From contig NC_134029.1 in NCBI RefSeq assembly GCF_964204645.1, forward strand, positions 7,280,850 to 7,344,849: a DNA stretch of 64,000 bases. Direction: 5' to 3'. This document shows, one piece after another, positions 1 through 25,392 of this stretch. Position 1 is the first letter of the stretch. Each line of letters starts with the position of its first letter. Source of the stretch: Tubulanus polymorphus. Its lineage: Eukaryota; Animalia; Nemertea. A program made the position numbers and the translations under genes. The notes beneath the pieces are model-generated. The model ran no database searches. It was given only the letters and a program-made list of their open reading frames with translations, and was not told the origin of the DNA.

Positions 1-213
1 TGTAAATAGGTTTCTATATATCATACATATCATTCCTTATGCTCTTCTTTTTGTCAATTAAGATTGAGGGCCTCAATCTTAATCAAGTTATGAATCAAGA
101 GGGGGCACACAATACTTAAAACCTTCCTGAAAATTTGGTCGACGATAATTGTATAATCGGTAAGCAATACAACAAATTCATTCATTCGATCTTTTTTTCA
201 CGGCGAGAAGTAC

Positions 214-429
214 CTTGTTACATTTAGTGCCGAACACCACCTGACGATCGGATACCCATTTCGATGCGAATATTTTGTTTATCGAACCGATGTTGTATTG
301 TCTTTCAGCGAATAAACCGGGTATCTGATGAGACAAACGTTCCGCGATGAGTTTATGTGGATTCCGTAGATAAGAACCGATTTCGCGTTTCTGAAAATAT
401 TTCAGAATATCCATCGACGAAGACGCCAT
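214..429 (-). CDS. DCAF12: DDB1- and CUL4-associated factor 12 (WDR40A), first coding exon; gene continues left of the window
   Basis: Translation INKIFASKWVSDRQVVFGTKCNK resembles the DCAF12 motif NKVFASQWL..RQVVCGTKCN; a GT donor (AAG|GTACTT) follows at 213. Confidence 0.85.
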
Positions 430-1734
430 TATTATTGGCGAAGTCGGAAGAGTTTATCTTTTATGTACAATATCTAGTAGTCAGTCGGTTAAAGGCTCCT
501 ATCCATTGACCAAATCATTTTGACATTTTCAGTTCACTGACTGGAAACTGGAGTCGACAGATTGAAGAGTCCTAACTGGAAAATTCAAAAAAAAGAAAAA
601 AGGTGAATAGCCTAAAATTTATTCTGTGATTTGCAAGGCTTTGTAAGGATCGTTGACGTTAAAGTCAGGCCTAACAATCTAAAATTCACTCTTACCGAGG
701 CAAATGTTACGCCTGTTTTCACCACCAGACACTTGGAAAAAAATCAAAATACATACATACAATTTTTTTCAAACGATGCCATCTAGCGTCGTACTTTTGT
801 ACAGGTAAATTTCGGATCAGGATTAAAAATTGGCTTTCAATTCACTTTATTAATGCTTCTTGTGGTAAAAATAAGCAAAATGTGATTTACAAAAATAAAT
901 TACAGGTGCAAATATAGATTTTAAGAGTACAGTATATGAACACTAAGGAAATGGATGATAGATTTCCACGAATAAAAAGGAGTTTGAAACAAAAAATCTG
1001 ACTTATCTATAATTTCATAGGTAAATTTCGGATCACGGACCGAAAACTGGATTGAATCGAATGTTCTGTCACTGTGTCAATTAATTCGATACAACTCATT
1101 TAATGCAGTTATTCGAATGGAATAAAGGTCATAATGAACTCCATATATTATATTTCAATCTTCAATACAATGACGGAGTCGAAAGAATCAAATTTTGGGG
1201 CCTAAAACAGCGAATTTTGGGGAATATATGTTGTCCCTTCAGGCCAGGGTCCTCAAAATTAGTCTGGGTGACTTTCGTTCAGTTTTGTAAATTGTTATCG
1301 GTGAGGGTTGATTTAACTTAGAAAAAAATTACTTGAGGGTTCACTCTTCAAATGCCATAACCACATTAAAAGTTCGAATTACTGCATGCCATAGAGCTAA
1401 ATTATTTTTCTGTGATACCACCGAAAGCCGCAGCGCGGCAATACTAATTTACTGATTGACGACACGTTTTAAAATTGCTTCCAACGCACCAGCCTACATC
1501 CTGGTTCCTTTTGAAGGGTAATTGCACATTGATAGTCTGGTATTCAGACTAATTATAGCCCTCTATCCTTTAGTCTCAACTTTGTGAGTTCTATTGCAAG
1601 GCTAAGTCCGCTAATGCTGGCTTTGACATCGACCTATCATGATCATCAGACTTGAGCCTATATTCTTTCTGTTATGCCTATGCCAAAGTAGAATTAGCCT
1701 AATAATTTTTTTTTCAAATCATCATATGTTACAG
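430..1734. promoter_or_regulatory. Probable bidirectional promoter/5'UTR region between DCAF12 (-) and SUPT20H (+)
   Basis: Head-to-head geometry. The SUPT20H ATG sits directly after an acceptor (ttacag|ATG), which implies an upstream non-coding exon. TSS not located. Confidence 0.5.
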
Positions 1735-13195
<11,461 letters not shown>

Positions 13196-15173
13196 AACAA
13201 CAACAAAAAACGATTTGCCGATTCTGTGCTACGATCATATCAAAACTATATTCAAACCAGGGCTGAATGTTCAAAACTTTGAAGTTGATTTATCGTAAAT
13301 GAATATCGTATTCATTTAGTAAAAGTTACGTACAATGAACCTTTCTGTAACGTGTGCTCCAGAACTTCTAAAGTATAGCTGCGTCTGCTTTTAATCGTTA
13401 TAGAATTCCTTTGAAAAAGGACTTTCTTAGAGATAAACTCAATGTATCTACGATAAATGAAATGAATTTTACGCCTGATTAAAATATGTGTGTATAATGA
13501 ATGTCAATGTGTCATTCTTATCTAACAAGAAACCCTGTTTGCGAATGTTGAATTAATAAATACCATCGATTGTAATGGTAAAAAGCTGTATTTTAATTCT
13601 AATTTTAATGGAAAACATTTTAGGCCACGAACTATTTATTGTTATTTAGAACAAAAAATGTTTAACGATTTCCTGAATTAATGTGTATATATTTGTACAA
13701 AATGTTTTGTACAGTTATTCTTTTATGAAATATAAGTTACTAGTCTTCATTGATTCAGAAATGTTTTTTCTTCATTGTCTATCAATTTTCGTTTCTTAAA
13801 AGAAATTCTCTGAAATCTTTCTCCGACTTGTTTTGAGCTGAAATTCTGATGGAATCGAAGTGCTGATAAATCCTGCATAGATCTACTTATTGGATATACC
13901 CCTTGGTGGCCTCTAACGCGTCTAATGAGAAAAAAATCTGACCGTCAATATTGTGCCATAAATCATGCATTTGATTTTCCAAAAAAATAAAAATTTTGAA
14001 GGATTCGAAGGTTTTAGAAACAAATACATCGGCTCGGGACATAACTGTTATGAGGACCCTGTCATGAAGCCCGTGTAAAAAATATACTGGGACCTGTTGG
14101 TCTTCGGTCCAGGAATTTCCAAATTCGGTTCCAGCAGCATTATGTGATTGCTAGCAATAATTTTATTTTAGATCCCGGTCTGCATCCCTGAACGGATGAA
14201 TCATTTTTCCAACGTAAATCAGTAAATGATTAGGTGGCAAACATCAAGAATTTGCTAATAACAGTGGTCGCAACGTGTCAGAGGCTGTAGGACTGTTACT
14301 TGATAGTGACTTGCTCGTAGTAGCTTCGTGACTCCGATGTACAATATCCCTTTACCCAGATTCTCACATCCAAAATTATATTTGGTTGATAAGTTTTTCT
14401 TGAAGTCTCTACGATCGGAGGGCTCTCATATGCTTCCCGAGTGAATATTCCCAATTTTGTATTCATACTTAATGCCATCGCGAGGTTGAGTGTGTGGGTT
14501 GAGTGTTTGTGCCGGTGTAAGAGCCAAATGTCAGAGAATCGCTTTGCTAATGTGCTCAGTCGTCTAACTAAACTAGTTATTTTGGTTTAAGAATTGATAT
14601 TCTACTAATCATTGCCTTCGCCATTGCATCTCATAACATCTTCATTGGAATTGACAGCGAAGGCAACGTAGATGTTCTTAAATATTTTAGTTTTTCCGGC
14701 CAATGATATTATTATAGTTACGTATGGCAGTAGGAAATGTTGTGGTGATTGACTAGACGACGCACAGAAAAAGACACATGGTTGACTATTTCGATGCTTG
14801 GGGTTTTTCTAAGGTGTCTTCTTCTTGAAAAAGGTGAATGTAGTTACTGCTGACGGGATGGCTATCAAACAAACGCACCTATTGCAATAAGTAGCAACTG
14901 GCCGTCCGCGATACTATCGTACTTCTACTTCTTCCAGGCAAAAACTTCTCCCTCATTATGTGACAAATATCAAACTCGAAGGCCTAACTAACTAATTGGA
15001 CAAGTAACGAAATCTCTGTCGTCGAATATAACCAGTGGATTCCAAACGAATTTTGAAGAAATAACAATTTATTGGCTGTATAGGCCGTATAAACAAACAA
15101 ATATATGAGACTCAGGCGGAGGTATTGGTCGTTACGAATCACATTCAGAGTATATACACGATCGAAGTGGATA

Positions 15174-16794
15174 TTAATTTCTTCGAACAGCATTGCAAAT
15201 GAATAATCTGCGAAATCCGCGACGTAAATATCTAGCAAATTTTCTCATTTTTCCTACAAATAGAGAATATAATATAAGTAAATTGTGAGTTAGAATGACA
15301 AATATAAATATTACAATTTCCATGTAACTCCATAAGAAGGGCTGAGAAACTGAATTTGAATTATGTCAACACCTGAAAAGTCAAATTTTTCATTCTTCAA
15401 GTCAGTGAAGCTCTTACCACGAGTTTCTGATTTACTGCGTCGTGTCGTCGGTTCTTCAGTTTTTGATCTGATACCCATCCCTGGTTTTTTGTTATTCTGC
15501 TCTCGTCCATCAAGCGATATTTCATCAATTTCAATTTCTTCCGTAATGACTATCTTTTCATCTATTGGTTCTGTAATTATGATAAAACAATAACGCATCT
15601 AGCAGCCTGCCATAGACCTGTTTAAAAAGGTTTCCTCAATCTTAGTGTAAAACATTTTTTCAGATTTCTTACCATTAAAACCGATGAACCCGTTGCCAGT
15701 AATGTTTAGTTTGGTTTCACATGTGGGCGGTATAACCGCTACAATCGGTTTAACTTGTACTTCGATATCATGTCTTTTGGTGCAATTTCTTTCGTCTGCA
15801 TCAATCGATGATTTACCATCTTTGGATTCGGTGACATGAATTTCGGCTTTTATCTCACGAGGCAGTGAATTCTCACTCACTGGTTTGTGTTTAGCTAAAT
15901 GCTTTTCCACGTCTAGCTTTTCTTCGGAATAGCGTTTAAGTTGCACAGCTCCCATTCTGTTCAGTTTGGCAACGTCTCGTTGAGCTGCAGCCGATGTCAA
16001 TTTTCTTTTATTTCCTGCAGCTTGGTGATCATTCGACTTGTCTAAAACAGAAAAAAAACAGGAACATCCAACCCTGTTTCTATCGTTCAACTATTTGCAT
16101 CATACTTTGTCACGTTCAAACTTACCATCGACCATCACGGATGCCTGGCCCCACTGGCAGAAGTAAATTCCCGCCGATTTTACAAATCGATTAGCTCTCG
16201 GCTCCCACTTTATATCTCCATTTTCACTCACAACCGCCAGTTTGTATTCAGTTCCCAGTTGTTGTTCCGTCAGGTGACCTTCCCACCAGTTACTCTCGGG
16301 GATTCTCTGAAGAAATGTGCCATCGCTCCAACCGACGGTTTCGCCGAACATTTTAACCGTTTCGCCCGGGGATGTTTCATAATGAGTCAGTATCACGGCA
16401 AACCTCTGACGGATGGATAGCCAGAACAATTTTGTAATACCTATACCTATAATAGCATAGGAATTTTAGGCTATCGTATGATTAAAGTAGGTTATAGTTG
16501 TTTTAGTTGAAAATTCATTTATTCAATTTGAAAACGGATTTTCCATATTTATATATATGTTACCTGGAATTGTTCTTATGTTTTCCGCAGAGTAGAATTT
16601 GCCATTGAGGCAGAAAACGTTTTCGTTTTCGGAATCTGAAAAATGAAGATGAATTTTGTAAAACTTACATTTATCTAATTATGGGAATCAACTTCTGTAA
16701 AGGTTATGCTTTTACCATATTTTGGCGTCGTCTCGACGCTCGATCTCAACACCCAATCAACAAAATTAGATACCATTTCGTCGGAATTTTCCAT
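15174..16794 (-). CDS. CBM20-like domain protein, ~355 aa, copy 1; exons 16794-16716, 16635-16564, 16440-16126, 16041-15673, 15570-15418, 15253-15174
   Basis: Five GT-AG introns, all phase 1; exon sum 1068 nt is one open frame. Exon 3 has the CBM20 pattern T.PGE.V...G...GW...L......WW......EYK......G.I.WEP..NR. C-terminus is GKMRKFARYLRRGFRRLFICNAVRRN*; AATAAA at 15068-15073 (-). Confidence 0.8.
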
Positions 16795-16864
16795 TTTGTC
16801 GTAAAATAACAATTGCAAGCAAAAGCGCGCGTGTAAAAGCGATTTCACGTGTAGTGAAAACTGA

Positions 16865-16901
16865 TGCTAACACAGCAACGCGGCAACAGCTACCTAGCAA
16901 C
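16865..16901. promoter_or_regulatory. RFX X-box-like motif cluster upstream of the CBM20-like gene (present in all nine units)
   Basis: GCTACCTAGCAAC (16889-16901) is one mismatch from GTNRCC-N0-3-RGYAAC. Two more RGCAAC half-sites lie directly beside it and a CACGTG E-box at ~16846; the cluster is ~70-110 bp 5' of the ATG. Confidence 0.5.
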
Positions 16902-18045
16902 TGATTCGTGACATACATCATTACGACGTAACCAACCACGGAAATTACCGACAGCTGCCGGGAACCAGCGTATATTTCTCAATTACTAACATTAAACAAA
17001 TTGACGGTTTAAGATTATTTATAAATTATTATTTTTATTTTAGATCCCGGTCTACAGTCTCTGAACGGATGAATCATTTTTCCAACGTAAATCAGTAAAT
17101 GATTAGGTGGCAAACATCAAGAATTTGCTAATAACAGTGGTCGCAACGTGTCAGAGGCTGTGGTAGGACTGTTACTTGATAGTGACTTGCTCGTAGTAGC
17201 TTCGTGACTCCGATGTACAATATCCCTTTATCCAGATTCTCACATCCAAAATTATATTTGGTTGATAAGTTTTTCTTGAAGTCTCTACGATCGGAGGGCT
17301 CTCATGTGCTTCCCGAGTGAATATTCCCAATTTTGTATTCATACTTAATGCCATCGCGAGGTTGAGTGTGTGGGTTGAGTGTTTGTGCCGGTGTAAGAGC
17401 CAAATGTCAGAGAATTGCTTTGCTAATGTGCTCAGTCGTCTAACTAGACTATATTTTGGTTTAAGAATTGATATTCTACTAATCATAGCCTTCGTCTTTG
17501 CATCTCATAACATCTTCATTGGAATTGACAGCGAAGGCAACGTAGATGTTCTTAAATATTTTAGTTTTTCCGGCCAATGATATTATTATAGTTACGTATG
17601 GCAGTAGGAAATGTTGTGGTGATTGACTTGACGACGCACAGAAAAAGAAACATGGTTGACTATTTCGATGCTTGGGGTTTTTCAAAGGTGTCTTCTTCTT
17701 AAAGGTGAATGTAGTTACTGCTGACGGGATGGCTATCAAACAAACGCACCTATTGCAATAAGTAGCAACTGGCCGTCCGCGATACTATCGTACTTCTACT
17801 TCTTCCAGGCAAAAACTTCTCCCTCATTATGTGACAAATATCAAACTCGAAGGCCTAACTAACTAATTGGACAAGTAACGAAATCTCTGTCGTCGAATAT
17901 AACCAGTGGATTCCAAAAGATTTTTTGAAGAAATAACAATTTATTGGCTGTATAGGCCGTATAAACAAACAAATATATGAGACTCAGGCGGAGGTATTGG
18001 TCGTTACGAATCACATTCAGAGTATATACACGATCGAAGTGGATA

Positions 18046-19660
18046 TTAATTTCTTCGAACAGCATTGCAAATGAATAATCTGCGAAATCCGCGACGTAAA
18101 TATCTAGCAAATTTTCTCATTTTTCCTACAAATAGAGAATATAATATAAGTAAATCGTGAGTTAGAATGACAAATATAAATATTACAATTTCCATGTAAC
18201 TCCATAAGAAAGGCTGAGAAACTGAATTTGAATTATGTCAACACCTGAAAAGTCAAATTTTTCATTCTTCAAGTCAGTGAAGCTCTTACCACGAGTTTCT
18301 GATTTACTGCGTCGTGTCGTCGGTTCTTCAGTTTTTGATCTGATACCCATCCCTGGTTTTTTGTTATTCTGCTCTCGTCCATCAAGCGATATTTCATCAA
18401 TTTCAATTTCTTCCGTAATGACTATCTTTTCATCTATTGGTTCTGTAATTATGATAAAACAATAACGCATCTAGCAGCCTGCCATAGACCTGTTTAAAAA
18501 GGTTTCCTCAATCTTAGTGTAAAACATTTTTTTCAGATTTCTTACCATTAAAACCGATGAACCCGTTGCCAGTAATGTTTAGTTTGGTTTCACATGTGGG
18601 CGGTATAACCGCTACAATCGGTTTAACTTGTACTTCGATATCATGTCTTTTGGTGCAATTTCTTTCGTCTGCATCAATCGATGATTTACCATCTTTGGAT
18701 TTGGTGACATGAATTTCGGCTTTTATCTCACGAGGCAGTGAATTCTCACTCACTGGTTTGTGTTTAGCTAAATGCTTTTCCACGTCTAGCTTTTCTTCGG
18801 AATAGCGTTTAAGTTGCACAGCTCCCATTCTGTTCAGTTTGGCAACGTCTCGTTGAGCTGCAGCCGATGTCAATTTTCTCTTATTTCCTGCAGCTTGGTG
18901 ATCATTCGACTTGTCTAAAAAAAAAAAACAGGAACATCCAACCCTGTTTCTATCGTTCAACTATTTGCATCATACTTTGTCACGTTCAAACTTACCATCG
19001 ACCATCACGGATGCCTGGCCCCACTGGCAGAAGTAAATTCCCGCCGATTTTACAAATCGATTAGCTCTCGGCTCCCACTTTATATCTCCATTTTCACTCA
19101 CAACCGCCAGTTTGTATTCAGTTCCCAGTTGTTGTTCCGTCAGGTGACCTTCCCACCAGTTACTCTCGGGGATTCTCTGAAGAAATGTGCCATCGCTCCA
19201 ACCGACGGTTTCGCCGAACATTTTAACCGTTTCGCCCGGGGATGTTTCATAATGAGTCAGTATCACGGCAGACCTCTGACGGATTGATAGCCAGAACAAT
19301 TTTGTAATACCTATAAGATAACATAGGAATTTCAGGCTATCGTATGATTAAAGTAGGTTATAGTTGTTTTAGTTGAAAATTCATTTATTCAATTTGAAAA
19401 CGGATTTTCCATATTTATATATATGTTACCTGGAATTGTTCTTATGTTTTCCGCAGAGTAGAATTTGCCATTGAGGCAGAAAACGTTTTCGTTTTCGGAA
19501 TCTGATGAATGAAGAAAAATTTTGTAAAACTTACATTTATCTAATTATGGGAATCAACTTCTGTAAAGGTTATGCTTTTACCATATTTTGGCGTCGTCTC
19601 GACGCTCGATCCCAACACCCGATCAACAAAATTAGATACCATTTCGTCGGAATTTTCCAT
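18046..19660 (-). CDS. CBM20-like domain protein, copy 2
   Basis: Same six exons and splice dinucleotides as copy 1; the indels seen fall in introns. Confidence 0.78.
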
Positions 19661-20916
19661 TTTGTCGTAAAATAACAATTGCAAGCAAAAGCGCGCGTGT
19701 AAAAGCGATTTCACGTGTAGTGAAAACTGATGCTAACACAGCAACGCGGCAACAGCTACCTAGCAACTGATTCGTGACATACATCATTACGACGTAACCA
19801 ACCACGGAAATTACCGACAGCTGCCGGGAACCAGCGTATATTTCTCAATTACTAACATTAAACAAATTGACGGTTTAAGATTATTTCTAAATTATTATTT
19901 TTATTTTAGATCCCGGTCTGCAGTCTCTGAACGGATGAATCATTTTTCCAACCTAAATCAGTAAATGATTAGGTGTCAAACATCAAGAATTTGCTAATAA
20001 CAGTGGTCGCAACGTGTCAGAGGCTGTGGTAGGACTGTTACTTGATAGTGACTTGCTTGTAGTAGCTTCGTGACTCCGATGTACAATATCCCTTTATCCA
20101 GATTCTCACATCCAAAATTATATTTGGTTGATAAGTTTTTCTTGAAGTCTCTACGATCGGAGGGCTCTCATGTGCTTCCCGAGTGAATATTCCCAATTTT
20201 GTATTCATACTTAATGCCATCGCGAGGTTGAGTGTGTGGGTTGAGTGTTTGTGCCGGTGTAAGAGCCAAATGTCAGAGAATTGCTTTGCTAATGTGCACA
20301 GTCGTCTAACTAAACTAGTTATCTTGGTTTAAGAATTGATATTCTACTAATCATAGCCTTCGCCTTTGCATCTCATAACATCTTCATTGGAATTGACAGC
20401 GAAGGCAACGTAGATGTTCTTTAATATTTTAGTTTTTCCGGCCAATGATATTATTATAGTTACGTATGGCAGTAGGAAATGTTGTGGTGATTGACTAGAC
20501 GACGCACAGAAAAAGACACATGGTTGACTATTTCGATGCTTGGGGTTTTTCTAAGGTGTCTTCTTCTTGAAAAAGGTGAATGTAGTTACTGCTGACGGGA
20601 TGGCTATCAAACAAACGCACCTATTGCATTAAGTAGCAACTGGCAGTCCGCGATACTATCGTACTTCTACTTCTTCCAGGCAAAAACTTCTCCCTCATTA
20701 TGTGACAAATATCAAACTCGAAGGCCTAACTAACTAATTGGACAAGTAACGAAATCTCTGTCGTCGAATATAACCAGTGGATTCCAAAAGATTTTTTGAA
20801 GAAATAACAATTTATTGGCTGTATAGGCCGTATAAACAAACAAATATATGAGACTCAGGCGGAGGTATTGGTCGTTACGAATCACATTCAGAGTATATAC
20901 ACGATCGAAGTGGATA

Positions 20917-22536
20917 TTAATTTCTTCGAACAGCATTGCAAATGAATAATCTGCGAAATCCGCGACGTAAATATCTAGCAAATTTTCTCATTTTTCCTAC
21001 AAATAGAGAATATAATATAAGTAAATCGTGAGTTAGAATGACAAATATAAATATTACAATTTCCATGTAACTCCATAAGAAAGGCTGAGAAACTGAATTT
21101 GAATTATGTCAACACCTGAAAAGTCAAATTTTTCATTCTTCAAGTCAGTGAAGCTCTTACCACGAGTTTCTGATTTACTGCGTCGTGTCGTCGGTTCTTC
21201 AGTTTTTGATCTGATACCCATCCCTGGTTTTTTGTTATTCTGCTCTCGTCCATCAAGCGATATTTCATCAATTTCAATTTCTTCCGTAATGACTATCTTT
21301 TCATCTATTGGTTCTGTAATTATGATAAAACAATAACGCATCTAGCAGCCTGCCATAGACCTGTTTAAAAAGGTTTCCTCAATCTTAGTGTAAAACATTT
21401 TTTTCAGATTTCTTACCATTAAAACCGATGAACCCGTTGCCAGTAATGTTTAGTTTGGTTTCACATGTGGGCGGTATAACCGCTACAATCGGTTTAACTT
21501 GTACTTCGATATCATGTCTTTTGGTGCAATTTCTTTCGTCTGCATCAATCGATGATTTACCATCTTTGGATTTGGTGACATGAATTTCGGCTTTTATCTC
21601 ACGAGGCAGTGAATTCTCACTCACTGGTTTGTGTTTAGCTAAATGCTTTTCCACGTCTAGCTTTTCTTCGGAATAGCGTTTAAGTTGCACAGCTCCCATT
21701 CTGTTCAGTTTGGCAACGTCTCGTTGAGCTGCAGCCGATGTCAATTTTCTTTTATTTCCTGCAGCTTGGTGATCATTCGACTTGTCTAAAACAGAAAAAA
21801 AACAGGAACATCCAACCCTGTTTCTATCGTTCAACTATTTGCATCATACTTTGTCACGTTCAAACTTACCATCGACCATCACGGATGCCTGGCCCCACTG
21901 GCAGAAGTAAATTCCCGCCGATTTTACAAATCGATTAGCTCTCGGCTCCCACTTTATATCTCCATTTTCACTCACAACCGCCAGTTTGTATTCAGTTCCC
22001 AGTTGTTGTTCCGTCAGGTGACCTTCCCACCAGTTACTCTCGGGGATTCTCTGAAGAAATGTGCCATCGCTCCAACCGACGGTTTCGCCGAACATTTTAA
22101 CCGTTTCGCCCGGGGATGTTTCATAATGAGTCAGTATCACGGCAGACCTCTGACGGATTGATAGCCAGAACAATTTTGTAATACCTATAAGATAGCATAG
22201 GAATTTCAGGCTATCGTATGATTAAAGTAGGTTATAGTTGTTTTAGTTGAAAATTCATTTATTCAATTTGAAAACGGATTTTCCATATTTATATATATAT
22301 GTTACCTGGAATTGTTCTTATGTTTTCCGCAGAGTAGAATTTGCCATTGAGGCAGAAAACGTTTTCGTTTTCGGAATCTGAAAAATGAAGAAAAATTTTG
22401 TAAAACTTACATTTATCTAATTATGGGAATCAACTTCTGTAAAGGTTATGCTTTTACCATATTTTGGCGTCGTCTCGACGCTCGATCTCAACACCCGATC
22501 AACAAAATTAGATACCATTTCGTCGGAATTTTCCAT
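20917..22536 (-). CDS. CBM20-like domain protein, copy 3
   Basis: Same exon structure as copy 1. Confidence 0.78.
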
Positions 22537-23775
22537 TTTGTCGTAAAATAACAATTGCAAGCAAAAGCGCGCGTGTAAAAGCGATTTCACGTGTAGTGAA
22601 AACTGATGCTAACACAGCAACGCGGCAACAGCTACCTAGCAACTGATTCGTGGCATACATCATTACGACGTAACCAACCACGGAAATTACCGACAGCTGC
22701 CGGGAACCAGCGTATATTTCTCAATTACTAACATTAAACAAATTGACGGTTTAAGATTATTTCTAAATTATTATTTTTATTTTAGATCCCGGTCTGCAGT
22801 CTCTGAACGGATGAATCATTTTTCCAACGTAAATCAGTAAATGATTAGGTGTCAAACATCAAGAATTTGCTAATAACAGTGGTCGCAACGTGTCAGAGGC
22901 TGTAGGATTGTTACTTGATAGTGACTTGCTCGTAGTAGCTTCGTGACTCCGATGTACAATATCCCTTTATCCAGATTCTCACATACAAAATTATATTTGG
23001 TTGATAAGTTTTTCTTGAAGTCTCTACGATCGGAGGGCTCTCATGTGCTTCCCGAGTGAATATTCCCAATTTTGTATTCATACTTAATGCCATCGCGAGG
23101 TTGAGTGTTTGTGCCGGTGTAAGAGCCAAATGTCAGAGAATTGCTTTGCTAATGTGCTCAGTCGTCTAACTAAACTAGTTATCTTAGTTTAAGAATTGAT
23201 ATTCTACTAATCATAGCCTTCGCCTTTGCATCTCATAACATCTTCATTGGAATTGACAGCGAAGGCAACGTAGATGTTCTTTAATATTTTAGTTTTTCCG
23301 GCCAATGATATTATTATAGTTACGTATGGCAGTAGGAAATGTTGTGGTGATTGACTAGACGACGCACAGAAAAAGACACATGGTTGACTATTTCGATGCT
23401 TGGGGTTTTTCTAAGGTGTCTTCTTCTTGAAAAAGGTGAATGTAGTTACTGCTGACGGGATGGCTATCAAACAAACGCACCTATTGCAATAAGTAGCAAC
23501 TGGCCGTCCGCGATACTATCGTACTTCTACTTCTTCCAGGCAAAAACTTCTCCCTCATTATGTGACAAATATCAAACTCGAAGGCCTAACTAACTAATTG
23601 GACAAGTAACGAAATCTCTGTCGTCGAATATAACCAGTGGATTCCAAACGAATTTTGAAGAAATAACAATTTATTGGCTGTATAGGCCGTATAAACAAAC
23701 AAATATATGAGACTCAGGCGGAGGTATTGGTCGTTACGAATCACATTCAGAGTATATACACGATCGAAGTGGATA

Positions 23776-25392
23776 TTAATTTCTTCGAACAGCATTGCAA
23801 ATGAATAATCTGCGAAATCCGCGACGTAAATATCTAGCAAATTTTCTCATTTTTCCTACAAATAGAGAATATAAGTAAATCGTGAGTTAGAATGACAAAT
23901 ATAAATATTACAATTTCCATGTAACTCCATAAGAAGGGCTGAGAAACTGAATTTGAATTATGTCAACACCTGAAAAGTCAAATTTTTCATTCTTCAAGTC
24001 AGTGAAGCTCTTACCACGAGTTTCTGATTTACTGCGTCGTGTCGTCGGTTCTTCAGTTTTTGATCTGATACCCATCCCTGGTTTTTTGTTATTCTGCTCT
24101 CGTCCATCAAGCGATATTTCATCAATTTCAATTTCTTCCGTAATGACTATCTTTTCATCTATTGGTTCTGTAATTATGATAAAACAATAACGCATCTAGC
24201 AGCCTGCCATAGACCTGTTTAAAAAGGTTTCCTCAATCTTAGTGTAAAACATTTTTTCAGATTTCTTACCATTAAAACCGATGAACCCGTTGCCAGTAAT
24301 GTTTAGTTTGGTTTCACATGTGGGCGGTATAACCGCTACAATCGGTTTAACTTGTACTTCGATATCATGTCTTTTGGTGCAATTTCTTTCGTCTGCATCA
24401 ATCGATGATTTACCATCTTTGGATTTGGTGACATGAATTTCGGCTTTTATCTCACGAGGCAGTGAATTCTCACTCACTGGTTTGTGTTTAGCTAAATGCT
24501 TTTCCACGTCTAGCTTTTCTTCGGAATAGCGTTTAAGTTGCACAGCTCCCATTCTGTTCAGTTTGGCAACGTCTCGTTGAGCTGCAGCCGATGTCAATTT
24601 TCTTTTATTTCCTGCAGCTTGGTGATCATTCGACTTGTCTAAAACAGAAAAAAAAACAGGAACATCCAACCCTGTTTCTATCGTTCAACTATTTGCATCA
24701 TACTTTGTCACGTTCAAACTTACCATCGACCATCACGGATGCCTGGCCCCACTGGCAGAAGTAAATTCCCGCCGATTTTACAAATCGATTAGCTCTCGGC
24801 TCCCACTTTATATCTCCATTTTCACTCACAACCGCCAGTTTGTATTCAGTTCCCAGTTGTTGTTCCGTCAGGTGACCTTCCCACCAGTTACTCTCGGGGA
24901 TTCTCTGAAGAAATGTGCCATCGCTCCAACCGACGGTTTCGCCGAACATTTTAACCGTTTCGCCCGGGGATGTTTCATAATGAGTCAGTATCACGGCAAA
25001 CCTCTGACGGATGGATAGCCAGAACAATTTTGTAATACCTATACCTATAATAGCATAGGAATTTTAGGCTATCGTATGATTAAAGTAGGTTATAGTTGTT
25101 TTAGTTGAAAATTCATTTATTCAATTTGAAAACGGATTTTCCATATTTATATATATGTTACCTGGAATTGTTCTTATGTTTTCCGCAGAGTAGAATTTGC
25201 CATTGAGGCAGAAAACGTTTTCGTTTTCGGAATCTGAAAAATGAAGATGAATTTTGTAAAACTTACATTTATCTAATTATGGGAATCAACTTCTGTAAAG
25301 GTTATGCTTTTACCATATTTTGGCGTCGTCTCGACGCTCGATCTCAACACCCAATCAACAAAATTAGATACCATTTCGTCGGAATTTTCCAT
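23776..25392 (-). CDS. CBM20-like domain protein, copy 4
   Basis: Same exon structure as copy 1. Confidence 0.78.

Noticed and set aside
14296-17739. Short ORF-track ORFs in each unit (MALSMN..., MLDIYV..., MSTPEK..., MSIFFY..., MNIPNF..., MIAIPS...)
   Set aside because: They are antisense or off-frame to the real exons, or lie in spacer, and are broken by indels between copies.
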